Assembly (NCBI RefSeq): GCF_006345805.1
Contig: NC_042998.1
Coordinates: 130,386,001-130,450,000, forward strand
Source: Octopus sinensis
Lineage: Eukaryota
DNA: 64,000 nucleotides
Direction: 5' to 3'
Below are positions 26,807 to 40,843 of this stretch, in pieces. The notes under the pieces were generated by a model. That model ran no database searches and was not told where the DNA came from. It saw only the letters and a list, made by a program, of their open reading frames with translations. A program made the translations under genes and the position numbers. How positions within the stretch are numbered: the first letter of the stretch is position 1; each line of letters opens with the position of its first letter.

Positions 26807-28409
26807 TATATATGGATATGTACACACACACGCACGCACGCATGCGTACGCGGTAAATAAGAACACGGAAGGAAAAATAGTGTAGCACTACTTTGATACT
26901 TTGATACCCGTACCAATAATTTCTGTATGACTCCGTTTTTAATCACACTGAATGCAAGTGACTCCGTGCGAAAAATTACGCATTGCACGTCATCAGACTA
27001 ACATTAAGTCGTGCCTCTCTGTATTGTGTGAGAATATGTATTTTGTGAAGTTAATAGAGGAAGGAACAAGGACAGTGAGTACAAAAATGATAAAATTGTA
27101 CATGGACAAAAATAATAATATTGATATTAATAATAAAATTTAAAATTCGTACGAAAATAAAACTAATGATAATGATAGAATTGATGAGACACTGGACTGT
27201 ACTAAATAGGTGATAACTGCTTGTCTAATGAAGTGCTACTTCAAACTACTCATTTGCTCGTACAGTATCATGTACATGCAATGTGGTTTCGAAACGAAGT
27301 GATTGTAGAAACAGTTGTAACGGAAATTAAAAATGCATTAAACCATTTTAAACCATGTTATTTATTACTATTTGAAATAGTTCCTAACCGGTTAAAACCG
27401 GTGCGGTACTTGGATTTTCGTACATCGGTGGACTTGAAATTTCTTTTAAGTTCCAGTTTGACAAAGCAGGTAGCTATCAGTATGTGTCGAGTGCTGCATT
27501 GGGGAATCACCGATATTCTACCATCAGCAACATCACTACATATATATTATAAATAAATGCATGTATGTGTGTGTATGTATTTCGGAACGTACACATTTAG
27601 GATAGTCATAGTATATATATTTTATTTTTTCCACTTTATTTTATCGGGGCCATTCCTCTTCAAATAATCGTTCGTATTATATATGCTGTGCACCTATGAA
27701 TTACACATTTCCGTAATAAATATCCGTTCATACTCCCTCACATTTTCTTTATCGATACGTATCTTTTCATACTTATATATGTGTGTGTATGCTCCTGTGT
27801 GTGCATGAGTGTGTATGCATATGTATTTATGTATGCACACTGGTTCATTTTCCATCTCCCTCAAATTCGGTATCTCACTCTCTCTCTTTCATATCCTTTT
27901 TATATTATCTAGCCCTGCTTGTTATCTCTTCCTGTCCCTCTCCTTCCTTCTTTATGACGCACAATCCATCTCTCAGTTTTTGTAACTCCCTTTTCCCTTT
28001 TCTTTTCCTCCCTTTCATTCAGTTTAGTTAATATCCATTTCGCTTCAGCACAACTTTCTCTCTACTCTCCATCACTTTTGCTTCCCCGGGCATGTTTTAA
28101 GTCTAAGCATGCATCTAACTGACTTTCAGAACAAAGGAGTAATTCTTCTGACGCTGCTTCTGGAAAGGGATGGTGGATACAAATTATTTATTCACTTATT
28201 TATCGTTTCATTTTCTTTTGTTTTTCTTTGTTTATCCACGAAACAATCGATATTCGACCGCCTCTTTGAACAGGGATCTAAAGATGAAAGATGCTTAAGA
28301 GACAAATCTAGCGTGGCAATATAACTTCTGAAGCGTGAATTATAATTAGAACTACAACTGCCACTATGAATAACTCGTTCTAATCCACCACTATCAACAC
28401 CACCGCCTT

Positions 28410-28482
<73 letters not shown>

Positions 28483-28573
28483 GCTACTACTACTACAATG
28501 ATAGTTGAAATTGCAATAATTATAAAGCGGAAAACCTCTATAATATTGATAAGAGCGATAATAATAATAGTAA

Positions 28574-28631
<58 letters not shown>

Positions 28632-29157
28632 GTAATAGTAATAATAATATTTTAATGGGCATCGAAGCCTAAGACGATGGGAGACAGAATAATATAAGGA
28701 TGAAATGCGTAAGAAAACGACAAAGAAGATAATAGTGGAGCAGAATATCCAGTAAAAAAAATCTGGAATAGATAAACAATAAGAATAATAATAAATTTCA
28801 ATAACAGCTTACAAGAACGAATTAATTGCGAAAAGTGTTTCAGTTTAGAGAGCGAACTATATAAGGCAATTCAGGACATCCCACAAACTCGGATTAGCTT
28901 AACATACTTGTTATTGCCTGTCTACAGAATCATGGTAGGGGTATAGACCTAATTTAGGCTCGCGAATTTCCTGAAACTCAGCATTATTTTACAAATTTGA
29001 ATGAAGGGAGATAAATGAATCTCCACATTTATCTTCCCCTGTAAACAGCAAAAAGAAAAAAAGTCGCTGAAGATGCTTTGGCTAAACAAAAATAAACCAG
29101 TACAAGGAAGGGGAGGAGGAGTTAGGAGCAGCACCAGCAGCAGCGGTAAGAGTAGTG

Positions 29158-29212
<55 letters not shown>

Positions 29213-29428
29213 CAGAGGTGGAAGAAGAAGAAGAAGAAGAATAGTAAAGGGAGGATAATGGGGAGGAGGCAGAGGGAGAAACAAATGGAAGAACAAGAAG
29301 AACAAAAAGAACAAGACGAACAAGAACTGGGAAAAGAAGAAGAATAAGAAGAAGGAGGAGGAGGAGGAGGAGGAGGAGGAGGAGGAGGAGAAGATGAGGA
29401 AGAAGAAGAAGACGAAGAAGAGGAAGAA

Positions 29429-29459
<31 letters not shown>

Positions 29460-29883
29460 GAGAATGAGGAGGAGGAGATGAGAAAGAAGAAGACGAAGAA
29501 GATAAAGAAGAAAAGGAGGAAGGAGAAGGGGAAGAAAAGGAATAAAGGGAATAAAAAGTAGAAGAAGAAGAAGAAGAAGAAGAAGAAGAGGAAAGAAGAA
29601 GAAGAAGAAGGAGAAGGAGGAGGAGGAGGGGAAGGCAAAAATAGACATTTTCTTGAACGGTACTTCAACCATGCCATTCATATTTTCCCCACGTCAAAGG
29701 GATCCATGATGACACTATCCAATGTAGAAATTTTCTCAGATCGTTGTTTGTGATTTGAGGCAGATTTGACAGAAGTTTCTAACAGAGCATACGACCGAAT
29801 ATAGGCAACAGGATATTTTAAAGTTTTAAAAAGAAAATACAGTAACGATTAGCATCTAGTGGTAACAGACTGCAAAAGTGCTG

Positions 29884-29933
<50 letters not shown>

Positions 29934-29997
29934 TGCTGTTGTAGCGGTAGTAGTAGTGGTAGTAGTAGTAGTAGCAGTAGCAGTAGTAGTAGTAGTA

Positions 29998-30047
<50 letters not shown>

Positions 30048-30060
30048 TATGCTGTAGGCT
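28410..30060. repeat. Cluster of trinucleotide simple repeats: (ACT)n, (AAT)n, (AGT)n and a long (AAG)/(GAG) purine tract
   Basis: Directly visible. The repeats account for ORFs 28192-28662, 28949-29677, 29082-29681 and 29849-30140. Confidence 0.95.
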
Positions 30061-30828
30061 GTAGGCGCAGCAGCTGTAGTAGTGACACTAGCTGCAGCAG
30101 CAGAGATGTTAATCAAAGGCTAATGAAAGATTCTTTATAGTCGCATTCGGATTATTACCAGCAGCAGCAGCAGCTGCGTCAGCAATATGTTTTCTAAAAG
30201 CAAGCAATCATTAGGCTGTTATTAAGCGTACGAATAACGGTCACCCGCCCTTCATGATTAAAAACAATCTTTTTTTTATAAACAATACTGCTAGCCGACG
30301 TACAAAGTATTAGGAGCAAAGCACACACATACTCACACTATACACACGCTCATGTGTGTGAGTTTGGTGCCTATGTGTATGTGTATTTATGCCTTCACAT
30401 GTATGTTATTTAGCAAAATCTTCCTAGAAGTTCGGTGGTTTCTAACAGAAACAGAAACTCAATCACTGGATTTTAGGTAACGACAACAATTATTATTTGT
30501 ATATGTACAAACAGTAACTTGTATATTTTTACTGTTCCACTTACAGATCGTATCAGCAAAAAATCCTTACTTTTTCAGATGGAAATATATTCGAAAGTAC
30601 TATGAATGTTTATCTGGGTGGCCAGGTACTTTTCGAAGAAGTTGAACATGTACTTTCTGCGTTAGTGACTTTTGAAGAAATGTTCACATGTACAGGACGA
30701 CCAACATCTCTAACTATACATGAGTAGTTCTTTTATTCCCAAATAGCTATAACAGAAGTGTTACGCATGACTGCTCTTTGTAGAAGGACTGAAGGATATT
30801 TCAACAACAGTTCTGTTGATATATATAT

Positions 30829-32116
30829 AGGATGTGATAGGCAAATTGTCGCCCTTTTATATTTTTAATTACACGCATTGTTTGATTTTGGTTTTGTCGA
30901 CTACACAGCATAGTAGGTTCAGTTGGGTACCGTCTGTGCGAAAAAAGCAACATGACGCAATTCACTCTGCCATAAATTTTGAAGCGACATGCCATACGGC
31001 TTGGGATTCGTACCGGAAGTTCCAATACGAACATTTTATAGTGTTTGGTTGTCAGTCTGAGGATAGTGCAGAGGATTTGAAAGAGTTGGATGAATCTAAT
31101 GGTGATTACGAAGGTACGGCAGCTCTGAAAACGCACTCGGGTCGTTTTGATAAGAAATGCACTTCTGAATTTGTAGGTGAGATCCAGGCCATGATTGACA
31201 ACGATCCCTCCAAGTCAATCAAATTCATCGCCAGAGACATGGGAGTGTCTGAGTTTTTATCAGGCAGGTAGTGCATGAAGACATTCAGTATTCCTCATAC
31301 AAGATGAGAAACGGCTCATTTTTATCCCAGGTCACCAAGAACAAGAAGAAATATCACGCTACGAAGCTTTGAACAAACTCAAATCATCCCCTCCAATCGA
31401 ACATGCTTTGGTTTTTCTCAGACGAGAAATATTTCTGCCAGGATAAGATGGTGAATACATAGAAAAACCGTTGGCTTGCCATGTCTCCAAAACATGTTCT
31501 GAGAGTGGTAAAAATCAAACATCCAGTCAACATTATTTTGTTCGGAATGACCATTAGTGATGGCGACGTCATGCCCCCATTCATCTTCCCACAAGGCTTC
31601 AGACTCAACACGGAGGTTAGCGCCTGCATCAAGTACGTGGAGGAGATAGTGTTGCCCTGGATCAAGAGGATAGCTGCTGGAAACCCCTATGTTTGGCAAC
31701 AGGACTCTGCACCATGCCACACAAGCAGAAGAACCCAGACATGGCTGTCAGACATTTTCTCCGGCCACATCACCCCTAACATCTGGCCGCTTAGCTCCCC
31801 AGACTCGCTTGATTATTGTGCGTGGGGCGTAGTTGAGCCAGAGACAAACACAAATTCTTGTAACACCAAAGATGAGCAGAAGTCAAGGATTATGGCAGCA
31901 TTCACCAACCCTAACAAGGAGTCCGTCCCGAAGAGTTACAGGAGATTCCAAAGTCGTCTGGAGGTCGTGATTGAGGCCAATAGCGATTCTATTGAATACA
32001 TTTACTCTTTGATATTTCAAGATATTTTTATGTAAATTTGGTAAATATTCTATTGAAACCAGATACAGTGTTATTTTCATTTTTCTTAATTTAGACAGTT
32101 TATTCACTGCACCCTT
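30829..32116 (+). mobile_element. Decayed maT-like (DD37D-type) Tc1/mariner transposon
   Basis: FSDEKYFCQD; WQQDSAPCHTSRRTQTWL..WPLSSPDSLDY (DD37D spacing if a 2-codon deletion in SPDxNPLD is allowed). The right end is ACTGCACCCTT|TA. Confidence 0.75.
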
Positions 32117-32289
32117 TATGTATGTGTAAATATATATATATGTATATATGTATGTATATATATATATATGTGTGTGTGTATGTGTGTGTGTGTGTGTGTG
32201 TGTGTTTGTGTATGTGTGTTTGTATGTGTGTGTGTGTGTGTGCGCCTGTGTGCGTACATGTGTGTACACGTGTGTGCCAGAAACAATCT

Positions 32290-32888
32290 ATGCAGTGGAA
32301 GCATCCCTCAATACCAGCTCAAATAAGGTAATGATCGTTTCATATGCAGGGAAGGTCATGGCCTCAGTTTTGGAAGATGCAAAAGCATTGTATTTATTGC
32401 TCTCTTCAAAAAGGCCACACCGTCAGTGGGGAGTAGTATGCCGATTTGCTGAGGGAGTTATGAAAGGCTATCAAGACCAGACAGAGAACGACTGACCACA
32501 GTGCTCTTGTTTTATCAGGACAAATTTCCAGCACACAAGTCCTTGGTTTCAATAGCTACGTTGCAGGATTGTGGCAACGAGCTGGTGGATGAAATTCACT
32601 ATCACCACTACTGCGTCATATTTTTCTCATTTGCACTCATCTGACTCTCCCCCATTCCCCAACACGTAACTACTTGTTAAAGAATCAGTATCGCAGTTAT
32701 GATGACATCATTTCTGCTTTTGGTGACTTTTCTTTATTAATTTTACGAAAGCTTTTTCACCAGTAGGATCCAAGAACAGCAACACCGATGGAAGAAGTAT
32801 GTGAACGGCAAGGGGAACTACGTTGAAAACAGTGTCACTTCATAAAAAAGTGTATTGATCAGCCTTTGAACTTTTGAATCAAACCCCG
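32290..32888 (+). mobile_element. Mariner remnant (3' half and right TIR)
   Basis: SYAGKVMASVLEDAK (cf. SAGKVMASVFWDA). Ends GAACTTTTGAATCAAACCCCG|TA. Confidence 0.7.
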
Positions 32889-32907
32889 TATACCTGGTTT
32901 ACATTAA

Positions 32908-33100
32908 TCTATAATAATATTTGGCAAGTTTGTGTGTTTGTAAATTTGTTAATTTAACTCATCCGAGACTATCCAACAGATTTGGTGAAAGTTGACACGT
33001 TTGTGGGCCTTATGCCTATGCGGTCACTTACGCACTTGGAATCTTTAAAAAAATCGATTTTCAATCAGCAACGATATTTTAAAATTCGTTTCAGATTTTA
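32908..33100 (+). mobile_element. Non-autonomous Helitron-like 5' fragment
   Basis: A|TCTATAATAATATTTGGCAAGTTTGTGTGTTTGT..CAACAGATTTGGTGAAAGTTGACAC parallels the 5' end of the Helitron at 50394. Confidence 0.45.
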
Positions 33101-33496
33101 AATAGAGAAGTGCATTTTATTTCTCAAGCATTTTCTATTCAGTATTTCATGCATAACCATTTATACAAACTACTACTTATATACCGGATTTAACTTAGTA
33201 TATCTCTTCTTAAATTGCGAATACTTTGGAGTTCAGAACTATATGACCCTTAACTCTTATAGAAGGTTTAGGATCTTATATCAGTCTTTTAAGACAGGAG
33301 ATATTCTCATTTTAAACTCAACTTACTTAAAAAGTGAAAACTTCTTCTGCAAAAGGAATTTTAGTCCTCAGATTGGATAACCCGTGTTATTTTGTCAAAA
33401 GACGAAACATATGTGGTTTTAGCACCCTAACTTGAGTGGCTTTCGTACACAGAAACTGAAAGAAGACTGTCGTATATATATATATATATATATATA

Positions 33497-35007
33497 CTGT
33501 TGGGGCCAAAAGGTTCAGAACGGCATTGTTTTTGTCAGAAAAGTGGGTATGAGTTTTTATTAAAGTTGTTCTATATTCTATAATTTTAACAGACAATAAA
33601 TACAATATTAATTGGTATTGTCTGAGATTGTGGTGTAATTTGAGTGGATAATACAAAAGTTATGGATGATATAGTGATTTACTGCAAAACCCATGGTGGT
33701 CAAAATGATCAGAACGGTTGAAAAAATAACAAAATAATAAAAAAGTGACAGAGAATGCTGGAATTATTTCATATTTAGTGTGAAGCCCTTTAGCTTCAAT
33801 CAAAGTTTGACATTTTCAACTGCATGGGGAATTAAATTTTTCAATTTCTTGCTGAGTGATCTTATTCCATTCTTTCTGAAGGGCATTCCATAATTACTCG
33901 GTTGTTTTAGGATTTCTGGCTTTCAAACGTTCTCCTAGAATATTCCACACATTTTCAATAGGATTAAGGTCTGGGCTTTGAGCAGGCCAATCCATAACAA
34001 TGACCTTTTCAGCCTTGAGGAAGTTCATGACCACCTTAGCCTTGTGACATGGGGCATTGTCCTGCATGAATATGGGTGGTCGCTTAGTTGAATTTCTCAG
34101 CACAGGCAAGACATGATCTTTTACAAGTTGTTTATAAACTCCTGCATTTACCTTTCCATGTAATCGCAGCAAAGGGCCCACAACATCTCCAGATATCATC
34201 CTCCAAACCATGACACTTCCTCCACCGAATTTAACACTAGTCTTAAGGCATTTAGGTGACAATTTTTCACCTGCTTTTCGAAGAACGTACATTTTCCCAT
34301 CTGAGCCAAATAACATAGACTTAGATTCATCACTGAAATGTACCGTTTGCCATTTTTCTTGAGACCACAACACATGTTCGGTTACAAAGGTAAGACGACA
34401 CTTTTTATCCTTGGAGCTCATCAGTGGCTTCACTGCAGGTGCTCTTGCTTGTAGGTCACGTTCAACTAAAGGACGAGACACAGTTTTTCGAGATAAAGTT
34501 TTCTTCGGTACAATGCTCATTTCCCGAAAAACAGCAGCAGCAGTTTTAAATCTGTCCTTTTTAACCAACTTTACCATAGCACGATCTTCTCTCTTGGTCG
34601 TTTTTCTTGGCCTACCTGTAGACATTCTTGCTTCACACGAACCACAATCATCGTAGACCTTAAGAATACCGTGAACAACACTTTTTGACTTGTTAACAAT
34701 CTTTGTAATAGACCTAATACTTAAATTATCCTTCTTACGAAGCGTAATAATCTGCTGACGAATTGGTAACGGAGTAAGTGGCATTATATTAACAAAGTAC
34801 AATGCAGATATTCTTACTAATGCTTAGTAAATGAACTGTCAAATAAACAAATTCAAAACATTAAAGTTCAAAGGTTAAATATACTAAAACATGGCGTAAA
34901 AGCAACCGTTCTGATCATTTTGGCCGCCACGGGCTTTGCAGTAAATCACTAAATCATCCATAACTTTTTTATTATCCTCTTAAATTACACCAAAATCTCA
35001 GACAATA
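33497..35007 (-). mobile_element. Tc1 (DD34E) transposon with IR/DR-type inverted repeats; one IR truncated
   Basis: Inverted repeats at 33616-33720 and 34903-35007. Outer DR at 33497-33523 follows TA and inner DR is at 33695-33717 (both share CAAAA...TCAGAACGG). Confidence 0.9.
33894..34802 (-). pseudogene. Tc1 transposase, premature stop before the C-terminus
   Basis: HTH N-terminus with TGRPRKTT; FSDESK / QDNAPCH / SPDLNPIE (34-aa spacing). The remainder (LWNALQKEW..KGLHTKY) continues past the stop with a frameshift to ~33770. Confidence 0.93.
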
Positions 35008-35137
35008 ACAAATAGGCGGTGCACCAGCATGGCCGTCGTCACATGTCTGAAAGAAGTAAAACAATAAAAAATCTATGCCATTTTAATCTCGAGCAAGACT
35101 GTTTCTCTCTGCTAGTTTTATATATCTATATTCGACT

Positions 35138-35179
<42 letters not shown>

Positions 35180-36271
35180 CATACATGCATACATACATAT
35201 ACATATATACCTGCATACATACTTACACACACACACGCACACATATGTATATATACGTATATATCTATATGTATGTGTATTTTTATGCATGTAATGTCTG
35301 TACGTATTTATTCTAGAGGATCGTTTTCCATATACATCAAAGTTTAATTAGCAGCAGTGACTAAATGTAGAATGTGCATCATATACTGCAACGCTATTGC
35401 AATTTCTACCAGTTTTATGGAACCATGGGAATGTAAACAGGAGAGGATTACTACACGAAGCACTTGGTCTTGACAGTGAAGTGTAGGCGCTCACTTTTGT
35501 AATGGTATTCTGTTAGTACAAAGAAGATTTTTATGGAATGGAAGGCCTAACTATTTGCATGCAAGTGTTCAGTTTTCTCTACGTACTAAGATGAGATTAT
35601 GCTGAGGCTACATGTTTCGATCTCTGAGCTGGATAAAACGAACACTGAATATTGTTCTGACAACTAAAATTTTATCTTCCCAGATGTGTAAATGGAGCGT
35701 AAAGTAATAAAATCAATAGTAATTAAAATGAGTTTGCAATTCTACCGCAGTCAAGAATTTCAGTCGCTTTCCTTGCGTACTGTATTGACAAATATTTGTA
35801 ACATAATACACTCGGCTCAATTTGCTCACAGTTCTAAGGTATGCGGACTTAAATATATTCTATAAACTCTTCTTCACATGAGGAAAATTTTGCCTCTTCA
35901 CGTGAATCATAATTATTGCGAATGTGTAATTTCAATAACAACTCATACATTATCTTTTTCACGAAAATAAGCAATCTGGAAATCAATCTATTGCTTTCCT
36001 TAAAACCGAAATATCTCAACGAATACATTGCACATTATGAACATCAATAGTTTCTCGAAGAAAGGAAAACAATCGCATGGTGTAGCTAGTTGGATATGGA
36101 CTGGAATTCGTAGTAACGATTGACTATTTTGTTAGTGATATAACCTTACATCCGTTCAAAATAATTCTATATGACAGTCACCAACTAATCAAATTAGAGT
36201 TGAAATTGAACTAAAATAGTGTAATGATGTCTCTCTCCACCCTTCTATGTCTCTCCCTCTCTCTCTCTCCC

Positions 36272-36313
<42 letters not shown>

Positions 36314-39300
36314 CTGTTCTTTCTCCCACTCCTTTGCTCTCTAAAATGTCAGAAAGAATGGCAAGCAAAATTAGATCGAGCTGCATAACTATTTATATTT
36401 GACTAATTCTAATTAATACGTTGGTTTCAAAAGTGCCCAGTGGATGCGACTTTCATTCTTGATTACCAACAATCAATGCCTGTAATTGCTTGAGTAGCGC
36501 ATACGAAAGTGATTTAAGAAAACCATTTGTTATATCATCCTATAGTAAATCTCTCTGTCGCTTAAAATTTAGATTATATAACCTATTCTCTACAAGAGAA
36601 AGTATTACAGCCAGGAGGAATTTCATTATTCAATCAACGCGTGTTTATTACATCACATATGTTGTAGTCATGACTGATATATCTCAGTTCATGTATATTT
36701 ACTTTTCACGTGACCAACTATACATAACTTTAACAAGTTTGGCGAAATTATTTTTGAAACATTTCTGCACGTAGTTTTGCATTATTTTGTTTGATATTTT
36801 TTTCCTAGCAATTTCAGTTATACAAAGGCAGTAACAAGAATATGTCAGAGAAAACTTATTGTTCATGGAAATTTGATGAATTTCTAACTTAGGTAACTGC
36901 TTAGCTTTGTTGTTTTTCCGTCGTATGCACTGTAAATATTTAGCTAAGCTACTCTATTTCAACAACTGAGCCAGATTATGTGAACCAGGTCTCATCTATA
37001 GAAGTTAGGTCCGCTTTTGAGTTTTCATGGATTTCGTTTGCTTTCACTTCTCAAACATATCTCAATGGTATTGTACAACAGAAGAACCATTGCTAGCATT
37101 TTTTTACGCTTGTAGACGATTTCTTTTTTGAATACAACAATGGTTTCTATAGCAACGTCAAAAGTGCTGTGGTTAAAAAGAACGTGCGGTCGAGAAACGA
37201 AAGAAACAGACTGATGGATTTGAGATTGCACTGATTCATTTGGAGGTCAAGCTTTTGTTTGTGTAATGCATCAAGAAAAACTTTGCAAGTGTATTAAAGC
37301 TCATGAGTAGCTAACAGTCAGGCGATGTTTTCATCAAATAGATGGAGATTCCCTCGAGACATTTAGCATTTCTTTATTACATAGAATATTGCAGAGCATG
37401 CGAAAACTTGTCATATTTTATTGGAAATGCATTTTGATATAAAACACAAGGAGATTATATGGTTGTTGGCACGATCACTATGGTTTTCTCAAACATATTA
37501 GCATGCAGTTTTAGTAAATGCAGTAAACAATCAGTTGAAGTGTCAAGTGTTCATATGTTATCCACATCAACTATATGCTTCCTGGTTTTCATTTTCATTC
37601 GTACAGAATAGATACTAAACGTATATCATGTATACAATGTTATATGATATCAAAATTTATGAGTAGGTTATAAAACTAACAGAAGGAGACGAGAAAATTA
37701 ATATCAGGTGTAAAGATGTTTATATGGATAGGTCTCACACTTATAGATAAGGAAATGCTGAAATTAAGAGATATTTTAATATTCACCTAAGTTATGGCCG
37801 AATCATTATCGATATTTTTATAGATATAGTCTAATTAAAAATCAGATATACTTCTTTAATTGTCTTAATTTATATGGCCACCGTGTTCGTACTCTTATCT
37901 GCAGTTACAACCTATTAAAATATATGCTTCAAGAATCGATTAGGATATGTGCTTAGGAATTAGAGGTGTCATAGCGAATTTATGGTTCATTGGTTCGAAA
38001 AATGGAATGATTTCTCCGCGGCAGGAGATTTCTTTCTTATGTATTGTGTCAGATGTTTTTTCTGCATCAAAGCCGTTTAACTGTGCCATATTTTCCATTA
38101 GACAGTCTGTTTTGGCTATTATTCATACCATTATTCACGTCCTCGTCTGCAGGCATACTATCTGTGCATATATAACTGCTTATATATTTGAAGAATATAT
38201 ACCAAAAATCAAAATGCATAAAAAAGAAATAATTCGGCAATAGATATGTGTTTCACAATAGAGATCTCAGTTAGTCGAATGCGATATAATTCTCGTTGAG
38301 CATGTGCAATAAGTATTTCAAAATTCATAATATTAGAGCTGAGACAACGACGTATATGCGAGTAACTTTGAAGAAGGTGGAGAAAATTCGTATGTTTCAT
38401 AAAAAATACTTATCTATATCTAATGTTCATTACAATGCATAATATTATGTCTGCTTGTAAGTAAACAAATCTCATCAATTGGGAAATGAATGAGTGAATT
38501 TTGACAGCGCGGATACTTTTCTGCCTGCATAAAACCATCATATCTCTCTAACAAACGATCTCTCCATTTAGAATATTTTTCTGATTTCAGTCATTGCATG
38601 CTCAAAAAAAAAAAAAAAGAAAAAAAGAAAGAAAAAGTAAAAAGAAAAAATACCGCAAACGAACAGACAAGTATATCTGTATCAAGTCATGCAACCACGT
38701 CCGTTGTGGGCTTGTGTGTGTCTGTATTTGTTTGTAAGAACGTATGCATTTTACTACACACGGGGGCAGTTAAAACACACGTATGTGCGTGTGTGCCCGC
38801 GCAAATGTGTATGCGAGTATAAAACACTGTGACTTCTGCAACAATGTACACACTAACTTTTCACTACACTATCTTTCTCATCAATTTTAAGTAACAGGCC
38901 AAATAATAAGGAAACAATCTCAAATCCCCGGATGTATATTAACATAACTATACACTACTAGATATGTAATCCAATCTGTATGAAGTTAAATAGTGTAATT
39001 CTATATAGGAATCTACGAGAAGCCAAATAATCAATGTAGTAACCTAATGTTTATTTCCAGTGTTTCTACAGTTACTGCGCATACAAAGTAAATATATTTT
39101 ACACGTATATAATATTTTGTAAGTTTAATTTAAGCTACATGCACGCCGAAAATGATGCTTATTGGCCTTTCGTCCGTTCTCTATGTTCTGAATTCTAATT
39201 CTGCTGAGGTCGACTTTGCCTTTCATTCTTTCGTGATTGATAAAATACATCCCAGTTCAGCACTGTGGTCGATGTAATCGACTTACCTTCTCGTCCGATC

Positions 39301-39359
39301 TTGCAGGTCTTGTGCCAAAATCTGAAATCGATATTTCGCTACTTCCATCATTATTGTTA

Positions 39360-39393
<34 letters not shown>

Positions 39394-39689
39394 GCGCCAC
39401 GAACACCATCACCTTCACCACAGATCCTCTATCGCCAGCAGTATGTTTCTGTACATGAAATCTTCCACTAAATACTACGATTAAATCGGTGCTTAGCTTA
39501 ACACGCGTTTCCAATTCGATCGTACAAAGTGGTACTGTTTCTCTGTCTCTCACTGGATAGATACACACACATACACGCACATTCGCAAACACAAACACAC
39601 ACACGCATAGACACACATATAGAAGACTCCGTGCACCTAAGGGGTACAAATCTGGGCGGAAAATCGCCTCATCGGTGAACGCACAACCT

Positions 39690-39915
39690 AGGGTTGTTTC
39701 TATGGAAGACCAGCAGTCGTCCATGCATACCAGCCTCCCCTCTTCATGACACAGTTGTTATCCAAGGGAAAGCATTTCTACAGCTGAGTGAACTGGAGCA
39801 ACATGAAATAAAGTGTCTTTTTCAAGAACACAACCCGCAGTCCGGTCCAGGAATCGAAGTCACAACCTCACGATCGTAAGCTCGACGCTCTGACCACTGA
39901 GCCATACGCTTTCAC
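39690..39915 (-). mobile_element. tRNA-derived SINE family C with Pol III A and B boxes
   Basis: Minus strand: GTGAAAGCGTA-TGGCTCAGTGG (A box)..CTTCGATTCC (B box), followed by a body containing GAAAAAGACACTTTATTTCATGTTGCTCCAGTTCACTCAGCTG. Confidence 0.75.
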
Positions 39916-39990
39916 ATTAGACACACACATATATTATACAAACATACACACATACGTATGTATGTATCTCTCTGTCTCTCTGTCTCTCTG

Positions 39991-40024
<34 letters not shown>

Positions 40025-40035
40025 CATGAAATCAT

Positions 40036-40203
40036 AAATTAAGGTATCTACGAGATATCACCATGCTGAAAATAGCAGCCATGATCCGACTCTAAAACCA
40101 CCTTAAGTGCTCATGTAGCAACATGGAGAGAAACCAAAGAGACAAGATGAAACTAGTAAAAAATTACTGGATAATTCCAGATCCTGGATTTCTGACTTTG
40201 CAT
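40036..40203 (-). repeat. Third, partial copy of the 1831-2046 repeat
   Basis: AAATTAAGGTATCT..GACTCTAAAACCAC..AAAAATTACTGGATAATTCCAGATC..GATTTCTG is shared. Confidence 0.8.
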
Positions 40204-40519
40204 TGTAATTTTAATAATTATTACATTTGAAGGTTATTTTTTCCATGCTGGCCACTTGATAAAACCATTATTTTATTTTAAATTAACGATCTTCTCCTTA
40301 TTTATATATATATATAAAACGATTTCTGTTCAATCTGCGTTCAGCTCCATTTCCTCAATTCACCAATAATGTTTTAATTTCAATTATCCGCACCAACGCA
40401 CGGTTGCAACGCCAGATGGTTGTACCTCCAACCGTGCTGTTTACTGCTGTGATTTTGCTACTAAGGTATCGGTTAACTTTTGATTAATCTACAACAAGAT
40501 TATTCATCTTTCTATTCAC

Positions 40520-40567
<48 letters not shown>

Positions 40568-40589
40568 ATGTTACATTACTCGGTAGTCA

Positions 40590-40652
40590 AGATAAAACTC
40601 TGAGTTTCAGATGCCGAAGTGGAAATCAACAACACCATCTCTTCGGTTATCT
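40590..40652 (-). ncRNA. Atypical hammerhead-like motif (left arm)
   Basis: Exact mirror of 42055-42117. Confidence 0.45.
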
Positions 40653-40843
40653 GGCTATTTGAAAACGTTATGAAAAAATACCGTTAAATAAAGGGAAATT
40701 ACTCTGTTTAACTCTGCTTGCCTGCGTACTTATACATCGCTCGCATTTTTCGTCATAAAAATTATATAAAAATACATAAAAAATATATAAAAATATATAA
40801 AAATATATAAATTCTTCTTGGGACATAACATAGAAAGCATGTT

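Noticed and set aside
26960-26998. Minus-strand CTGATGA-CGTGC..GCACG stem
   Set aside because: It is followed by GAGT rather than GAAA, and there is no helix III or helix I.
27221-27556. 111-aa ORF and its antisense frame; also ORF 20166-20450
   Set aside because: No recognisable motif and no splice or homology support from the sequence alone.
28949-29681. 242-aa and 199-aa minus-strand ORFs
   Set aside because: They are translations of trinucleotide and purine repeats (poly-F/L/S) with no domain signal.
39845-39915. Possible tRNA gene
   Set aside because: A and B boxes are present, but it continues into a SINE body and lacks a clean acceptor stem, so it is treated as a SINE head.
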